A stretch of 64,000 nt of DNA, taken from NCBI GenBank assembly GCA_900768545.1, contig CAAGDD010000007.1, positions 25,709 through 89,708 on the forward strand. The letters run 5' to 3'. Position numbers and translations under genes: made by a program. The stretch is from Clostridia bacterium (GTDB lineage Bacteria; Bacillota; Clostridia; Christensenellales; UBA1242). Of the stretch, positions 26,927-41,900 are shown piece by piece. The notes below the pieces were generated by a model. The model was not told where the DNA came from. It did no database searches and saw nothing but the letters and a program-made list of their open reading frames with translations. Position 1 is the stretch's first letter. Each line of letters begins with the position of its first letter.

Positions 26927-29900
26927 ATGAAAAGAAAAATTCCATTCGTTTTGATGTTGATTTTTGCGTTCTCATTTTTGGGAGCGTATTTTGTCTGCGA
27001 CAATTCAAAAACTAGCGACGCGGGTGATGCTTATGCTGTGAGCGTCAATGCTGACACTTGGGACGGCGTTTATCCAACATCGATCTCGGATTATGATTAC
27101 AAGCGTGACGGCGACACAAACAGATATCGCATTTATACGGCTCGCGGTCTTGCATATTTTTCTCACCTTGTAAATGACAACAACACACAATTTTCTGGCT
27201 GCGACATTTATTTGGAAACAAACATCAATCTCAATTTCAAAGAGTGGACTCCTATCGGCAACAATTCAAACAGCCCATTCAAAGGCAAATTTTATGGAAA
27301 CGGCTACAAAATTTACAATCCAAAACTTGCAACAACAACTGACAGTTTGACTTCGGGCTTGTTTGGATACACTGGTGGTGGAACCATCACAAACCTTACA
27401 CTTGAAAATGTTGACCTTTCACTTTTGGCAAATATTGAAACTGTCGGGCTTCTTGTGGGCAACGCAACAGATACATATATTCAAGGCTGCACAACAAATT
27501 TGAGAAGCGAGCCGATTTTTGGAAACAACTTCCAAGCTGAAACTTTTGGCGGCGTGGTTGGAAAGTTTGCAATTTCAAACAGGGGCGAACTCAAACAATG
27601 CGGACTTGAAGGAAAACTTCTTGCAAAAAATATCACTCAAAACTTTGGTGGCATTGTCGGTCGTTATGTTGCAAACGGAACAGCGATTTCGCAGTGTTAT
27701 ACAAATGGACAATTCGCTCTTGACAATAGTGGCATCGACGCGTCACAAACTTTTGAAAATCCTTTGGCAGTCGGTGGCATTGTGGGCAGAAGTGAAGCTT
27801 CTCAAAATGTTGCCTTTTCGCTCGACAACAGCTATGTAAATTGTGACCTTAAAATGACAAATCTCAAAACAACAAGTTATGTTGGCGCTTTTGCCGGTCA
27901 CACACAAAAAGTTAATATCAAAAATGTTTACTTCAATGGCAGATTAAATTATACAAGTTGCCGAAATATGACTTATTGCGACAGCGTTGGCTTGATTGAC
28001 CCAGATACAACTGTTCAAGGAAAGACAACAAAAGGCACGGGCTATTACACCGAACGAGAAAAGCAAATAAGATATAGATACAAAACTGACGAAAATGGCG
28101 AGTATGTTTTAGACGAAGATGGAAACAAAATTCTCGAATCTTATGAAGTTTGGGTCAATGTTCAAAAAGCAAATCCATATTCTTATGTGAGCAAATTAAA
28201 CCTTGGCACAATCACAAACTTCCGTTACAAATATGTTGATTATGGCTTCAATAGTGGCACAAACAATGGATATTATTATACAAACAAACATCGTCTTGCA
28301 AGAAACGGAAGCTTTTTGTATTATGGCTATGACCCAACAAATTCAAACACTTTCAATTATACAAGAGAATTGGACGAAGTTTATAGAGTGCGCCCAACAA
28401 GCGGGGATATAAACAAATCTCCAAACTATGCTTATTTGGCTGAATATTCTTTGACATCAAATTCAAATGTTTCACAAGTTTTGCCAAGTTATAAAGATTT
28501 TTATGAAGATTCACCATCGTGGGATACTTGGAGCACTAGCGTTTGGAAAAACAATCCTTACAACAACAACGGACTTATCTATTTGCGCTGGACTGACAAT
28601 GTGCGAAAGGCTAACAACGAGCCTTATTATTCGGCGGACGACAATCAGTTGAAAGGTGAAGGAACTCAAACAAATCCTTATCTTATTTCGACCGCGGGCG
28701 ATCTTGGATACTTTGCGACAAACTATGAAAATGTTTATTCGAAGAAAACAAACGCTTATTATGTTTTGACAAATGACATTGACTTGTCGGGCAAAAACTG
28801 GCTTCCAATCGGCAACGAAAAAGCACCATTTTCTGGAGTTTTTGACGGAAATAACTATACAATTTCTGGCTTGACTTGCACCTTCCAACAAGCGAAAAAA
28901 TATCAAGGTTTGTTTGGAGTGACCAAAAACGCAGTAATCAAAAATATCACAATCGAAAAGTCAAAATTTATCAATGCGACAAGTGATGGAACTTATGGTG
29001 TGTTTGCTGGAAAAGTTTGTGAAAATTCATACTTTGTAAACTGCAAATCTGTTTACAACTATCAATATTTTGACGACGAAAAAGACGACAGCGACCCAAA
29101 CAAACCAAAAGTGCCAATCTTTGGCTGCATTGATGCAAACGCAAATCTCGATTCAAACATTTATGTTGTTTATGGTGTGAAAAACTGTTCTCAAACTTAT
29201 GACCTTCAAAAAGACAACTTCATAAACCCAGAAGACGAAGTTTTGCTTGGCAATAGCAATGTTGTTGCTTCAAGCGTTTTGCATTTTGGATATGATGTCA
29301 AAGTTTATCGAAATGGCGGAACTTTCTATAAGGCAAGCGAAGCCAACGATATCACTTGGGGCAAAACAACTTATCGCTATGCAAAATTTGAATATACAAA
29401 TTCAAACGGCGAAACAAAAACAAGTAGCAATCCATATTATGGCAAAATCGATATCGATTATCACTTTATGATTGAAAAGGTTGATGCTGGCTGGAATTAC
29501 ATTCAACAAAGCATCGACTCGACAATTGGTCAAAACCTTCCAGCACTTTCAAATCGTTATGGCGAAAAAGATATTTTGATCAAACAAGGCTATATTTTGA
29601 CAGGATATAAACTTGCTGACGAAACAAATCAAGTTTTACTTAGCAGTTCAAACGATGATCATACATTCTCACTTATTGACTTTGATCCTTTCCAAAACAA
29701 GATTATCGCAGGGCTCAAGCCACAATGGAAATATCAAAGAGCGAAAGTTAAACTTTATTTAAACCTGCTTGAAAAGTCGTGGTATAAGACCGAACTTACA
29801 AAATATGCATATGACAGTATTTTCAAAGTCGATGACCGCGGTGAAGTTTATGTTGAATATGATTGCGAATATGACACTTTTTTTAACAACTTGTCATTTA

Positions 29901-32900
29901 AAAATGAATTCAACAAAATTAGAAACGGCGACAGCGAAATTGACGATTTGTATTTGATGAGCTATGGCTATGACAGCTCTGGCTTTGCGACTTCAATAAA
30001 TTCGCCAGAATACGATTGCAGCGGCTATGTGTTTGTAAACAATCTCGACGCGAACAATCCTTTCTTGTGTAAGGCAGAATGGCGAGCAGACAGCCAAAAC
30101 AATGATTACAAAGTTGATTTCAATTTCGAACTTGAAAACTTTTCAGACAAGATTTATAGTTATGACTTTTTCGATAGCATAACAAGACAAGATTATCTTT
30201 ACAATTCATCAAATCCAACCGACAGCGAAAAATATCTTCTTTTAAATGATGACGGAAAGTCGATTTCGACCACTTACAACACAAGATTTTCTGACAGACG
30301 CAGCAGAAAAATCGTGTATGAAATAAAACTCAGCCCTGGATATAGACTTGATATGAGCGGCATTTCAACTTCACCAGACGCAAAAGAATTAAACGACAAC
30401 GGCGTGTTTGTGACAAACTATTTTGATGAAGGCAATAACGGAGATTTAAACTTTGGACGTCCTTTGATTAGTTGGAAGTATTCGACAATCAAGACAAAAG
30501 AAGTCGATGGGCGCACTTACAAATCTCAAAACCAATATGTTTATAGATTTGTTTTCAACAATCTTGTTGGCGACTATTTGGCAAACTTGAAAGTCATTAG
30601 AGAAAGTCAAAGCATTGACACAATCATAAACGGCGATATCGCGTTTGGCATTGGAGCGAAAGTGACAGCCGACAAGATTTTGATTTTTGACAAAGAAGTT
30701 GGCGATTTTGTTGAATTCAACACCGCGTTTGGCGTTGATATGGATACAAAAAAACTTTATGTGGCTTATGATTATCAAAACAATCGTCTTGTAACATCAA
30801 GCAATCAATTTGACTCAATCACTTTGGCTGACAAGTGGTTTGACGACGAAGGAAAACTTCGACTTTGTTATCAAATAAATGTTAACGGAACTTTGAAAAA
30901 CGAATATTATGTTTACAAAAAAATCGAAGCGGGCACGAGTGACAATTTGTGCTCTGCATCGAGCAATCCAATTACACTTTCGGGCGGTGTTGACCTTTAT
31001 CTTTCAGACGGCGCGGGAACTTTGGATAGCTCAAACTTTATCGCAAGTTGGGCAAGAAAAACTGACGGAACATCTCACATTCATTATTACACAAGTTCAA
31101 GTTTCACATTCTTGTATTCGAGCGAAAACAGTGACGCTTTGTTTGGAAAAATCTATCCAAATTCAAGAGAACTCAATCTTTCGAGCGACGAAACAAAGAT
31201 TTATGACAGCGAAGTTTACAATGTAACAATTCAAAACACAAAAACAAAGGTCGAAACAGATGTCAGCGGCGTTGAAATTGTTTCAATCTTGAAGGGGGCA
31301 ATGTATTTTGACCATATCGGTCAATTCTTCCCAAAAGGCTTGACAAGCACATCTTCACCAACACCAGAAGCGAAGATTGAATTGTTGACAAAATATACAA
31401 ACGCATCTTTCCAATTCCAAGCAGTGAGAAAAGCGGTCGCTGACGGCGAAAGCGAAGAAGTGATTTATTCAAACGCAGCATATTCGCCAATGCAAGCCGT
31501 TTCAATCTTGCAAAGTGGTGGAAGATTTACTTTTGATATTGTTGCGACAGACTACTTTAGATTTATGAATTTTGACGGATCAAATCCTATCAAAATCAAA
31601 TCGAGTGCGACTGACACATCGTGGAATTTGAAATTTGTTGTTACAAATCCAACATGTTCGAGCGAAGCGGAAGAAAAAACTTATACAGACAACTTCAATT
31701 TAAACAACACAAACATTTTGTCTTATCATTCAAGTTCATATTACAAAAAGGGCACAGTAGAAAATGGCGAAACTTTTGCACAAGATACTTATCGTGTGAC
31801 GCTTGAATATTCTGGCGAGTTGAAGCCGGGTGGATATTTGTGTTCGTTTGTTTGCGAAGATGTCAAATATTCGGTCGATTATGACACAAAGTTTGTTGAC
31901 CACGACGAAAACTTAAAATACTCTAACGAAGAATTTAATATCACAGAGTCAAATTTTGTTGACGAAAGTGCGGCTGACAGTCAAATCACAACAACACTTT
32001 TGAGAAACGACGAAACAGACGCTTTGCCAAATCACAGCGACAACATCTTGTTCTCTGACAATATCAAATTCAACACAACGATTGGACAATACAAAGGATT
32101 TAGTTTCTTGTGCTGGGCTTTTAATGACGGAAGCGGACTTCAATATCTTGAAAATTCAAACGAATTTGAAAGACTTTTCAGCATTTTAAATGCTCAAGAC
32201 GAAAAGACTGGCGATGATCGTTTTAAGATCAAATTTTATGCAATTTATGAAAGAAAACAAGCAAATATCACTTTTGAAAGTCAATATTTCTTTATTGAAA
32301 ATCAAGACGAAACTTATGAAGAAAATTATACAAATATTCAAATTTCTTTAAACAAACCAAACATAACTTATAAATATTCGACCGCAGACACTCAAAGCGG
32401 TGATTTGTCAAATTTGAAATTTGAAAAACAACTTGGCGACGAATATTATTTTGTGGGCTACAAGATTTTGCTCAAAGGTGAAAACGGCTTGGAAGACGTT
32501 CTTGTGACCAAAGATTGGCAAAGTGATGCCCCAGATGTATTTTCAATTTATGAGTTTATGAAAAACAAACTCTCTACTGACGAAACTATCGAAGCGGGCT
32601 CATCTTGGAAGATTGTCCCTATCTTGAAAAGAAAACTTGCTGATGTTTATTTTCACAGCGGCACAGGCATTTTGGCTGACGGCAAAATTTGTCTTTACAA
32701 CGACGGCTTAAACGGAATTGTTTATGACGAAGCCTCAAACGAATCAACAAACAGAGTTTTTGCTGTTAAAGACCAAATTGCAAACTCATCTTTAACTCTT
32801 TATAGTTTCTTGCAATGGCGAGAACTTGGCTCATCAATGGATATCGAGAATTTTGAAGATTATTCTGGCAGCATCGAAAAAGTGTTCAACAAAAGAGTTG

Positions 32901-35900
32901 GATATCATTCGCCAAGCAAATATTATTGGGGGTATCATGTCTATAGTGAAGATGACAGTGTTATCACAGGTGGCACGATCGACCTTTCGACAATCAGTTT
33001 GGACGATACATATTTCTATCGCGGCAGTTTGACAACAAAAATTCATTTTTACAGAATTTGGACACCAAGCACTTATACTATTTATTTCAATGCTGGAAAA
33101 GGTTATTATCAAGGCGACAACGCAGCACTTGAAATCGATTATGACACCGACTTCAACAACACTCTTATCGGCGAAGAAAACTTGAGCGAAGCAGTGAAGA
33201 GAGTTGGCGCAAACACCTATCGTGAAGGTTACAAACTCGTCGGCTGGAATTACAACGAAACACGCATTTTTGACAATGACGGAAATTTGAAAGACGATGA
33301 TGTTGTCTTTATCGGCGGAAGATATAAAGTCGTTGGAAATATCACTCTTGATGCAGTTTGGATTGAAGGTAATTATGATGTCGAAATTGTCACAAATGAC
33401 GCTGATAGTGCAAAACTCAATGGTCAAGATTTGACAAACACAAAATTTGTTATCAAATATGCTCAAACTTTTGAAAATCTTTCTCAAGATGGTGAAAACT
33501 TTAATATCTCACTTGACGATTTTGCTTTTGAAAGAAAAGGATATATCTTTGACGGATTTTACACATTAGACGGCGGTGTAAAAACAAAAGTCACCACCAA
33601 AACAGAATTTGACCGAAACTTGAAAGGTGCAAATTTGAGCAGTGGAGTTATACTTTATGTCGGCTGGAAGTTTGACGAAAGTTATTTGGCTCTTGACTTA
33701 AATTCGACCACTTTTGAAAACAAGACTTTTGACAAAAAGATCTCGACTTATTATTTAGGGAGTATGTTTGACAGCTCAAACATCGTCAAAATTGAAAACT
33801 TTATAAATAGTTCTACTCAAACTCAATTATCTTTGTCGGCAAATGTCACAAAGAGCACACTTGGCATAAGCATTTCATCAACTAACGCTTCTGTCAATAG
33901 CGAACAAATGAGCTTTGTTGTTAAAAATGCAGGAACTTATTATATTACACTCAAATTTGTCATCATTGATGATGCAGAGTTTTTGAATTTGGGAACAGTG
34001 TATGAAAAAACCATTACTTTCTCTGTTACTTGCGAAAAAGCAGTGATTGACGCTGAAGAAATTGAAAAAGCGTTTGGCGACGAAGCAAAACTTAAAAATC
34101 TTCAACGCCTTGCTGAAAATCTCGTAAGCAAAGATAGTGCACTTTTATCTTGCGAAACACTTACAGCATTTATAAATGAATATAAAAAACTCGATTCGAC
34201 AATTGCTGATGAGACAAACGACGAAGTTTACAATTATATTAAAACCAAATATTATTTGTTGTATCACACAAACGGCAATGAATTTAAGAAGTATAAAGAT
34301 TGGACTTATCAACAATTTGTTGACGAAAGATTTGCAGAAAGTGAAGAATATGCTCAAATTTTGAAAAAATCTATGTTCTTCGATTTTTATGACAGCGAAA
34401 ACGAAGTTACTCAAATGATTTTGGACAATGACGCGACAAAATACAACACACTTTCACTTCTGTCAAAACACGGTGCGGATATTTTGTCAAATGTTGAAGA
34501 TGTGACAATCTCGGCAGTAAGATTATTTAATTACACAAATTTGACAGCTCTTTCAAGTCCGTCAGTGAGAATTTATTTTGAAGATGAGTTGAAAAACTAT
34601 CAAACAAGTTTTGACGAAAATGGTGCTTATATTCAAGTTAATGCGGGATATGTTTATCCACAAGTCTTAAAAATTAAAAACAATTCGACCAGAAAATCTA
34701 CATATTTCAATGGTCAAAGCGATAAATTTGAAATCGAATGGCAAGCAAATCAAGCGCCTGTTGAAATTGCTGGTCAAAATGGACAATATTATCGAATTGG
34801 ACAAACAAAATATTTTGTTTCAGCAAAACTTTACACTAGTGGTGCTGGGCAAAATGACATAGACACAGACTTCTCTTGGACGGGCGATAAAAATTATTTG
34901 TATTTTGATGAAGTGCGAATTTTTGAAAATGACGGCGATAATTACACCGAAGTGACCGACCTTTATCGCTTGGCACTTGACGAAGATGATATATTCTCAA
35001 TTTTGGGTGTTAAAGGGCTTGTTCGGCTCAACTTGTATAGCAAATATCGAACACTTTTGGAAAATTCAATCGAGATTGGTGATGTTGACAGAAAAATGGC
35101 TCAAAGGTCAAACCTTTTGAAGGTTTCAAGCGTGACCTACACAGACCCAGACACAAACAAATCTGTCACAACAACCGATACCAAAGCGTTGAATGTTGGA
35201 TCAAGATTTGAAGTTTCAAATATTTTGATGTTTGAAATTTTGAGCGACAGCGACAACACACTTTCAATCTATGCAAATAGACTTGTTACAAAAATGACAT
35301 TTGCTATTGAAGATAGATTTATTGGCACAAACAAATATTTTGGCTTCAATCGTTGGGCAGACAATAACTCAAACAATTTTGAAGACGGTGAAGTAAATCC
35401 TTCTTATACAAATCTTGCAGATGTGACAGATGTGACTTTTAATTTCACTTACGATACCACAGACGACACAATCGCAGCCACAACAACTGCGGGACACAAA
35501 TATCAAGGCGAAGTTGACAGCTTGTTTGAAATTGACTATTATGCATTCTTCACTGACCTTGTTGAAGCGGAATATAAGTTAAATTTCAAGGGCAAAGAAG
35601 ACCGAACAGACATTTTGAAATTGGGATATTCAACACAAGACAACATTTATATTCCTTCTCAAACAGGTTTTAGCGCTTCAAGCATTAAAGTTGTGGGACT
35701 TGATTACACAACAAGACTTGATTATAGCGAAATTTTTGTAGGCACTGACAAAGTGTTTAGAGGGTTGAATATCGGCTTTGACGCTAGCACAGCGACCGGG
35801 CAAGAACTTTTGGACGGACTGAAAAATTATCACCAAAAAGTGATTTTTGAAATGCTTTGGACAATGAACGATATCAAAGCAGAACAATATTTCACAACTT

Positions 35901-38900
35901 ACAAAACTTCGACCGGCAGTTTGGAATATTTCACTTATGACAGCGTGGCAAATATAACAAATTACAATGACGAATTCTTCTCATATTCTTATACTTGGCA
36001 AAAATTTGACAGCGGAATTTGGACAACTTTGTCAAACGGCGAAAGATTGACCTTCCAGTCAAACGGAAGATATATCGACAGCGGAAGATACCGTTTGAAG
36101 ATTGTTGCACAAGTTTTGCCAGCATATACAAGTTCGATTGAGTCGGGCGCAACTTCAAAATCTTTGGATCTCAACTTTGAACTTCAATTTATGAGATATC
36201 AAGTGACCGAAGTTTCGCTTCCAGAAAATCGCTCGGCGGACTATGATGCAAAAGACCACTTGACAGACTTCACTGTTGGAGCAAGATACAAATCTTATAA
36301 TCGTGAAACTGACAGTTATGACACCGACCTTCAAATTTCTTCTCAATATTCAAAAGTTGGAAATATGATTTTCTCAGCATTGTCAAATGGCGCAGCTGTT
36401 GAAAAAGCGATAAATGTTGGCACTTACAATATCAGTTTTGTGTTTGATGAAGAATTGTTTGATGTTTCAAACATTTCGACTGACAATATGAAATTTGACT
36501 TTGAAATTTTGCCAATTGATGTCGATTTGTCAAAATATAAGTCGACACTCGACGCCTTTTCAAAAATCTTCAACGAAACAGATCCAGAACTTTCGATCAT
36601 CATTTATGAAACACAAGAAAACATCAAAATAAATCTTTTGCGACAAGCGGGCGAAGATTTGGGTGTTTATGAAATTTATTTTGCGGGCGTAAGTCAAGAA
36701 GTTAAAAACAATATAAATTACAAATTTAATGATGTTATGTTGTTTGAAAACGGATCTTTGACCGCAGCGGCAAGCACAACAAACATTGGAAAGTTTGAAA
36801 TTAAACAATCGCTCGAACTTGAAATCTATTATGAAGAAAGCGAAGCAGCAAATTTGCAATTTAATTTCAACAATTTTGATTATCAATATGAAATCACAAA
36901 CAATGCCCAACTTGTTATTAAAAACAATTCAATCACTGTTAAAACAATAAGTTTGAAACTTTATGACAAGGCGCAAAAGAAAGATGTTTCGGGAGAACAA
37001 TTAAACATTTTGAAAGCACTTTTGGGCTCGATTGTTCCAAACTTTGCAGGCGGAACAAACGCAGTTAGAACAAGCGGAACTTATTATTACAGCCCAGTGG
37101 CGAGCGACGAACTTAAAAATTATTATCCAACAATCAAGTTTAGAGATGGATATTCGATCACAATCGTTGCAAACTCTGTTGATGACTTTGTTGTTGAAAA
37201 AGTGTTTGACGGAAATGATATGCAATATTTTGATCTCGACAAAAACGAAATTTTGGATATTGACTCTTATAGCGGAGTTTACATTTGCGCAAGATATACA
37301 TCTGTTCACGTGGGTGAAAATATCAAAGTTGTTTTGTGGCTTGAATCGAAAAACACAAGCGAAGATTTGTCAAATTATCAACTTGCAAACACTTCAACAA
37401 CAGGAAAAATTACAAAACTTAAAACAAACTTGAATGCTACACTTGACAAATCAAGTTACACTTTCACCGAAGTGACAAAATCAAATGTTGATGAACTTTT
37501 GAGTTTCACTTTGACATCAACCGACGGAAATGATGTAACTTCACTTTTATACACGGGCTATTATTCAATAGATTTTCATTTGAAAAATGCAAATGTTGAC
37601 CAATTTGACTATGTTTACAAAGGTTCTTACAATTTTGAAGTAACTGCGACATTTGGTGACTTTGAGATATTAAGTTACAATTTGCCAACACTTCAAATCG
37701 ACCTACTTTCTGTTGAAGTTTCACTAGGCGAAGGCTATGTAACAACAAATGCAGGTCAAACAATCGCGGCTTCTTATGAAAGACAAATCACTTATGACAA
37801 ATTCAATTTGAATATAAATCTTTTGGCTTATGACGGCGACACTGCTCTTGCAAACACGACCGCAGTCGAAGGAAAATATAAACTTGTTTTGGCGCAAAAT
37901 TTGTTTGAAAACGATAGTTTAAAAATTGTTTTGAAAGACAACGAATCAAGTTTTGTTGTTTTGAAAATGGCAGGCACTTTGTTTGCTAGACTTGACGACC
38001 AAAGCGTTTTGACAGACAATGTTTACAACAAAAAAACTTACAAATTTGTTGGTGACGCCGAAAACAAAACTTTAAAAATTTATCAAGATGACACACTTTT
38101 AAAACAAACAACGATTTCGTTCTTCACCAAAAATGATGAAGGCGTTGAAACGATTGACAATGATGTAACATTCACCACACTCAGCATTTTGACTTTTGAT
38201 GGATTAAATCAAGTGACTTTGGCAGGGAATTATTTGTTGAAGATTTCGACTGTTTCATCAAAATATGCAAACTCGGCAGTGTTTGAAATCGAAAACAATT
38301 TTGTCATCGATCAAAAACAAATTGATGTGACAAAACTTGATCTTACAAAAAGTTATGACCGAAGAACGGACAAAAACATAACTCAAATTGACGAAGTTGA
38401 ACTCGGCGATAGCGTTGCGATTTTGGCAAGATTCGATAGCGTCAATGTTGGCGAAACAAACGGAAAACTTTTGCTTCAAGGCACAGATTTGAAAAACTAT
38501 GCTCTGTCACAAACTACATTTACAAACGGAATGATAAACAAAGCAGACGCAACATTGACTTTGACAAGCACAAAGTTTGTTTATGGTGACTTTAAGTCAA
38601 GCGCAGACATTGCTTTCACAATCACAGCTTCTTCAATCGTTTTGCCAAGCGAATATACAGTTTTGTTTGATATTGAAAATGCTCAATATTCATCAGCAAA
38701 TTATCTTTACGCTGGCACTTACAATGTTTTGGCAAATATCGAATCAGATTTTTACAATGTTTCATACACGACCGCACAAATTGAAATTTCAAAATATGTT
38801 TGGAACTTGAATTTGACCGAAAATGGTGGAATGACATTGCATTATGGCGATAGTGATTGCTTTAAAAATACATTTGTTCAACAACTTATCTCAACAATCG

Positions 38901-41900
38901 GCGAACATGTTGATATCAACTTTGAAAGAGAAAGCGGCTCAACAATCGGCTTCTATCGCGTGACTGGCGGAAATATCGACGGCTCGACAAGTCAAAACTA
39001 CACATTTAGCGTGATAGATAGTTCGGCTTATGGATATTTGCAAATCAAGCGTGCAAACAAAGGCTATTATATGCTTTTGAGCGACGAGCAAACTGTTTCG
39101 GCAGACGACCTTCAAACTGGCGCAACAGCAAAACTTTCATACAGCGGAATCGCTTATGACCAAGTGAAACTTGTTTCACAAAACGATCAATATTATATGA
39201 GAGTTTCAAGCCTTTCATATCTACAATATTTCCAAGATTTTGCTTTGAATTTGTATTATTACAATGCAGAAACTTTGCTTTACGAACTCGTGACCGACGA
39301 AAAAGTTGAAGGCTTTGGCACAAACTTCAGTTTGGTCAACAATGAAATCAAAAACATCGGCACATATTCTGTTCAAACAAGCGACACAACTTGCGAAAAC
39401 TTGAATTTGAGAATGGGCAAGCAAAACGCAACGCTTTACACATTCTATATTCAAATTGTTCCAAAACAAATTTACTTCAAAAACAGTGTTGTTTCAAAAG
39501 TGTTTGACAACAAAGACGCAATCATAAATTATGATGACGCAAACACAATCTTTGACGGAATTTACACAAAAGACACTTTGAGCGCAACTATTACTTTGAA
39601 GAAAGGTGACGCCGTGGCTCGATATGTTGGCTCATCTTTGATTTGTGAAGCAAAACTTATCGGCGACGCGGCAGAAAACTATGAAATTGTTTACAAATCG
39701 ATTGATGACAGCGATGTTACAGGGCGAATTGATAGGGCAAACATTAAAGTGATCTTAAATTCTTCTACTTACACCTATGGCGAATTTACAAAAGACACAA
39801 AACTTAAATATGAATATCAAACAGATGTTGATTTGACTGGCTATGACAATTCTTCTCGAAACGGACTTGTTATCGCTTTGAATTTGAACGCACTCGATGA
39901 AAATTATTCAACATCAAATTGCTTAAATGCTGGTGTTTATTCTACTCGTCTTGCATTTGGTGGTGAAGACTTTGTTTTGCAAAGTGTTATCATCGATTCA
40001 AAAGAATATAGTCTTGAAGACATTGATTTGACAAATTTGACTTGCGTTGTGACTGTCGAAACAAAGACTTTGCAGATTGCTCAAAAGAGCGGCGGACAAA
40101 GTTTGAGCGAAATCTTCACAAAGACTTATGACGGCGAAACAAGCGCAAACATCACCGACAGCGACAACAATTTGTTATTTGACATTGTTGGAATTGTAGG
40201 CAGCGATGTTGTGAAAGTTGGCTCGGCATATTATGCACAAGCCACAGTTGGAAAATCTATCAAAGTCAACTTTGATTTGCTTGGCGCAGACAGAGCAAAT
40301 TATGTTTTGGATTCACTCGATTATGGAACAATCAAATCAATCATTGTTGGACTTGAATTTGATTATTCAAAAGACGGCTACAACATCATTTCAAATGTTA
40401 AGAGAGATAGTTTGCAAGAAATTTCAAGCCTTGCGTTCCCATTTATGACAGTGTCATATTTGACATCAAATTCGGCGGACGCAAACACAATCTCGACACG
40501 AAACTTCCCAACTTCGTTGTCGGGCTATACAGGGCACTCTTTCCAATATTGGATTATGACCTTTGATGTTCAAGACGGCTCGACTGAAAAGTCACAACTC
40601 GAATCATTGATAGAAAAATATTCTCTTCAAGCGCAATACAATTCGCTCACTGAAATTTATAGCGTAAGAGTAGATAATGACGAAAAGTCAGTTAGATTTT
40701 TGAATGCTTTAATCGGTGAAGAAAATCTTTTGGGATATTATTACAAACAAAACAACAATATTAAGATCAAATTTGTTCCACAATGGGACGAAAACAGATA
40801 CACATTAAAAGTTGTGATTGCTGATTGGCAAACCAGAAAAGAAATCACAAACGGCAGTTTTGATGTTGTGATCGGCTCAAACACAATCACAAATCAAACT
40901 TCTTGGATCAACAATGATATGAAGTTTGACAGCACTGTTTCGATTATGTTTACAGCAGGCGACCACACATATTATAGAGAATTTTCTTCAAAAGCAGGTA
41001 AATCTTTGTTTGGACAAGAAGTTGGCTCAAGATACATCTTGTCGGCATACAAGATCGACAGTGATGACACAATCACAATTTATGTTGAAAATCAAAAAGT
41101 CAATGTTGTGCTCAAAATCGATGACTCACAGACAAAAGTAGAAAATTCTCAAAACACAAACTTCACAAAACTTGCAAACGGAAATTATACTTGGACAAGC
41201 GATTACTTTGATTTTGTAAACAACAATGTGACATTGAAAACAATCGCTCAAACCATTTCAAAAACAGGCTTCTCACTTGCCACTCTTGGTGGTGTGACCT
41301 ATGATCAATTCGACAGCACGACGATCGCTTCTTTGGTTCGTTCGGCTTCGAGCAAAGAAGAAACAATCACCCTTTCGATGACATTTGGTGCTGAAATGGT
41401 TGAAATCACTTTGGATTTTGGCTATGAATTTGAAGAAGGCGTTTCAACAAAAACTCTTCAAGTCCAATATTCAAGTGCTTTCAATACAGCCGCCGGCTGG
41501 CAAGATGATTTGCAAAGAGAAGGCTATGAATTTGGCGGCTGGTTCAGCGACGAAATGAGAGTGTATGGCACTGATTTGGTTCTCACAACAGACGCTATCA
41601 CTTTGACAGCAAAATGGACAGTTAAAAAATATAGTGTTTCATTTGTGGCAGAAAATGGTCAAATTTTGGACGCAAGTCAAAACTTTGATTATGACGATCA
41701 GACACAAACTTACACATTTAGTGGAGTTCCATATCAAACACAACTCACATTTACACTTTCAGCAAACAGCGGATATGAAATCTCTGACGCGGCTTCGTGG
41801 AGTGAATATTTCACACTTTTGATTAGTCAAGATCGAACATCGGCAGATGTGACATTCACAATGCCAGCGATCGAAGACTTTATATATTCAATGCTTATTG

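Noticed and set aside
30750-30760. A7 homopolymer tracts inside the giant genes (for example near 12530, 13920, 30750, 30911 and 38030) as frameshift phase-variation switches.
   Set aside because: A7 runs are common throughout this AT-rich sequence, including in housekeeping genes. They are short for efficient slippage, and no alternative-frame continuation is evident.
32834-33487. A 217-aa antisense ORF inside the 6340-aa gene. Similar antisense ORFs occur at 28511-28906, 43363-43794 and 44729-45280.
   Set aside because: Their composition (Phe/Ile/Cys/Asn/Lys-rich, low complexity) is typical of reverse-frame translation of AT-rich coding DNA. They have no SD, no motifs, and lie wholly inside a gene with strong coding signal.
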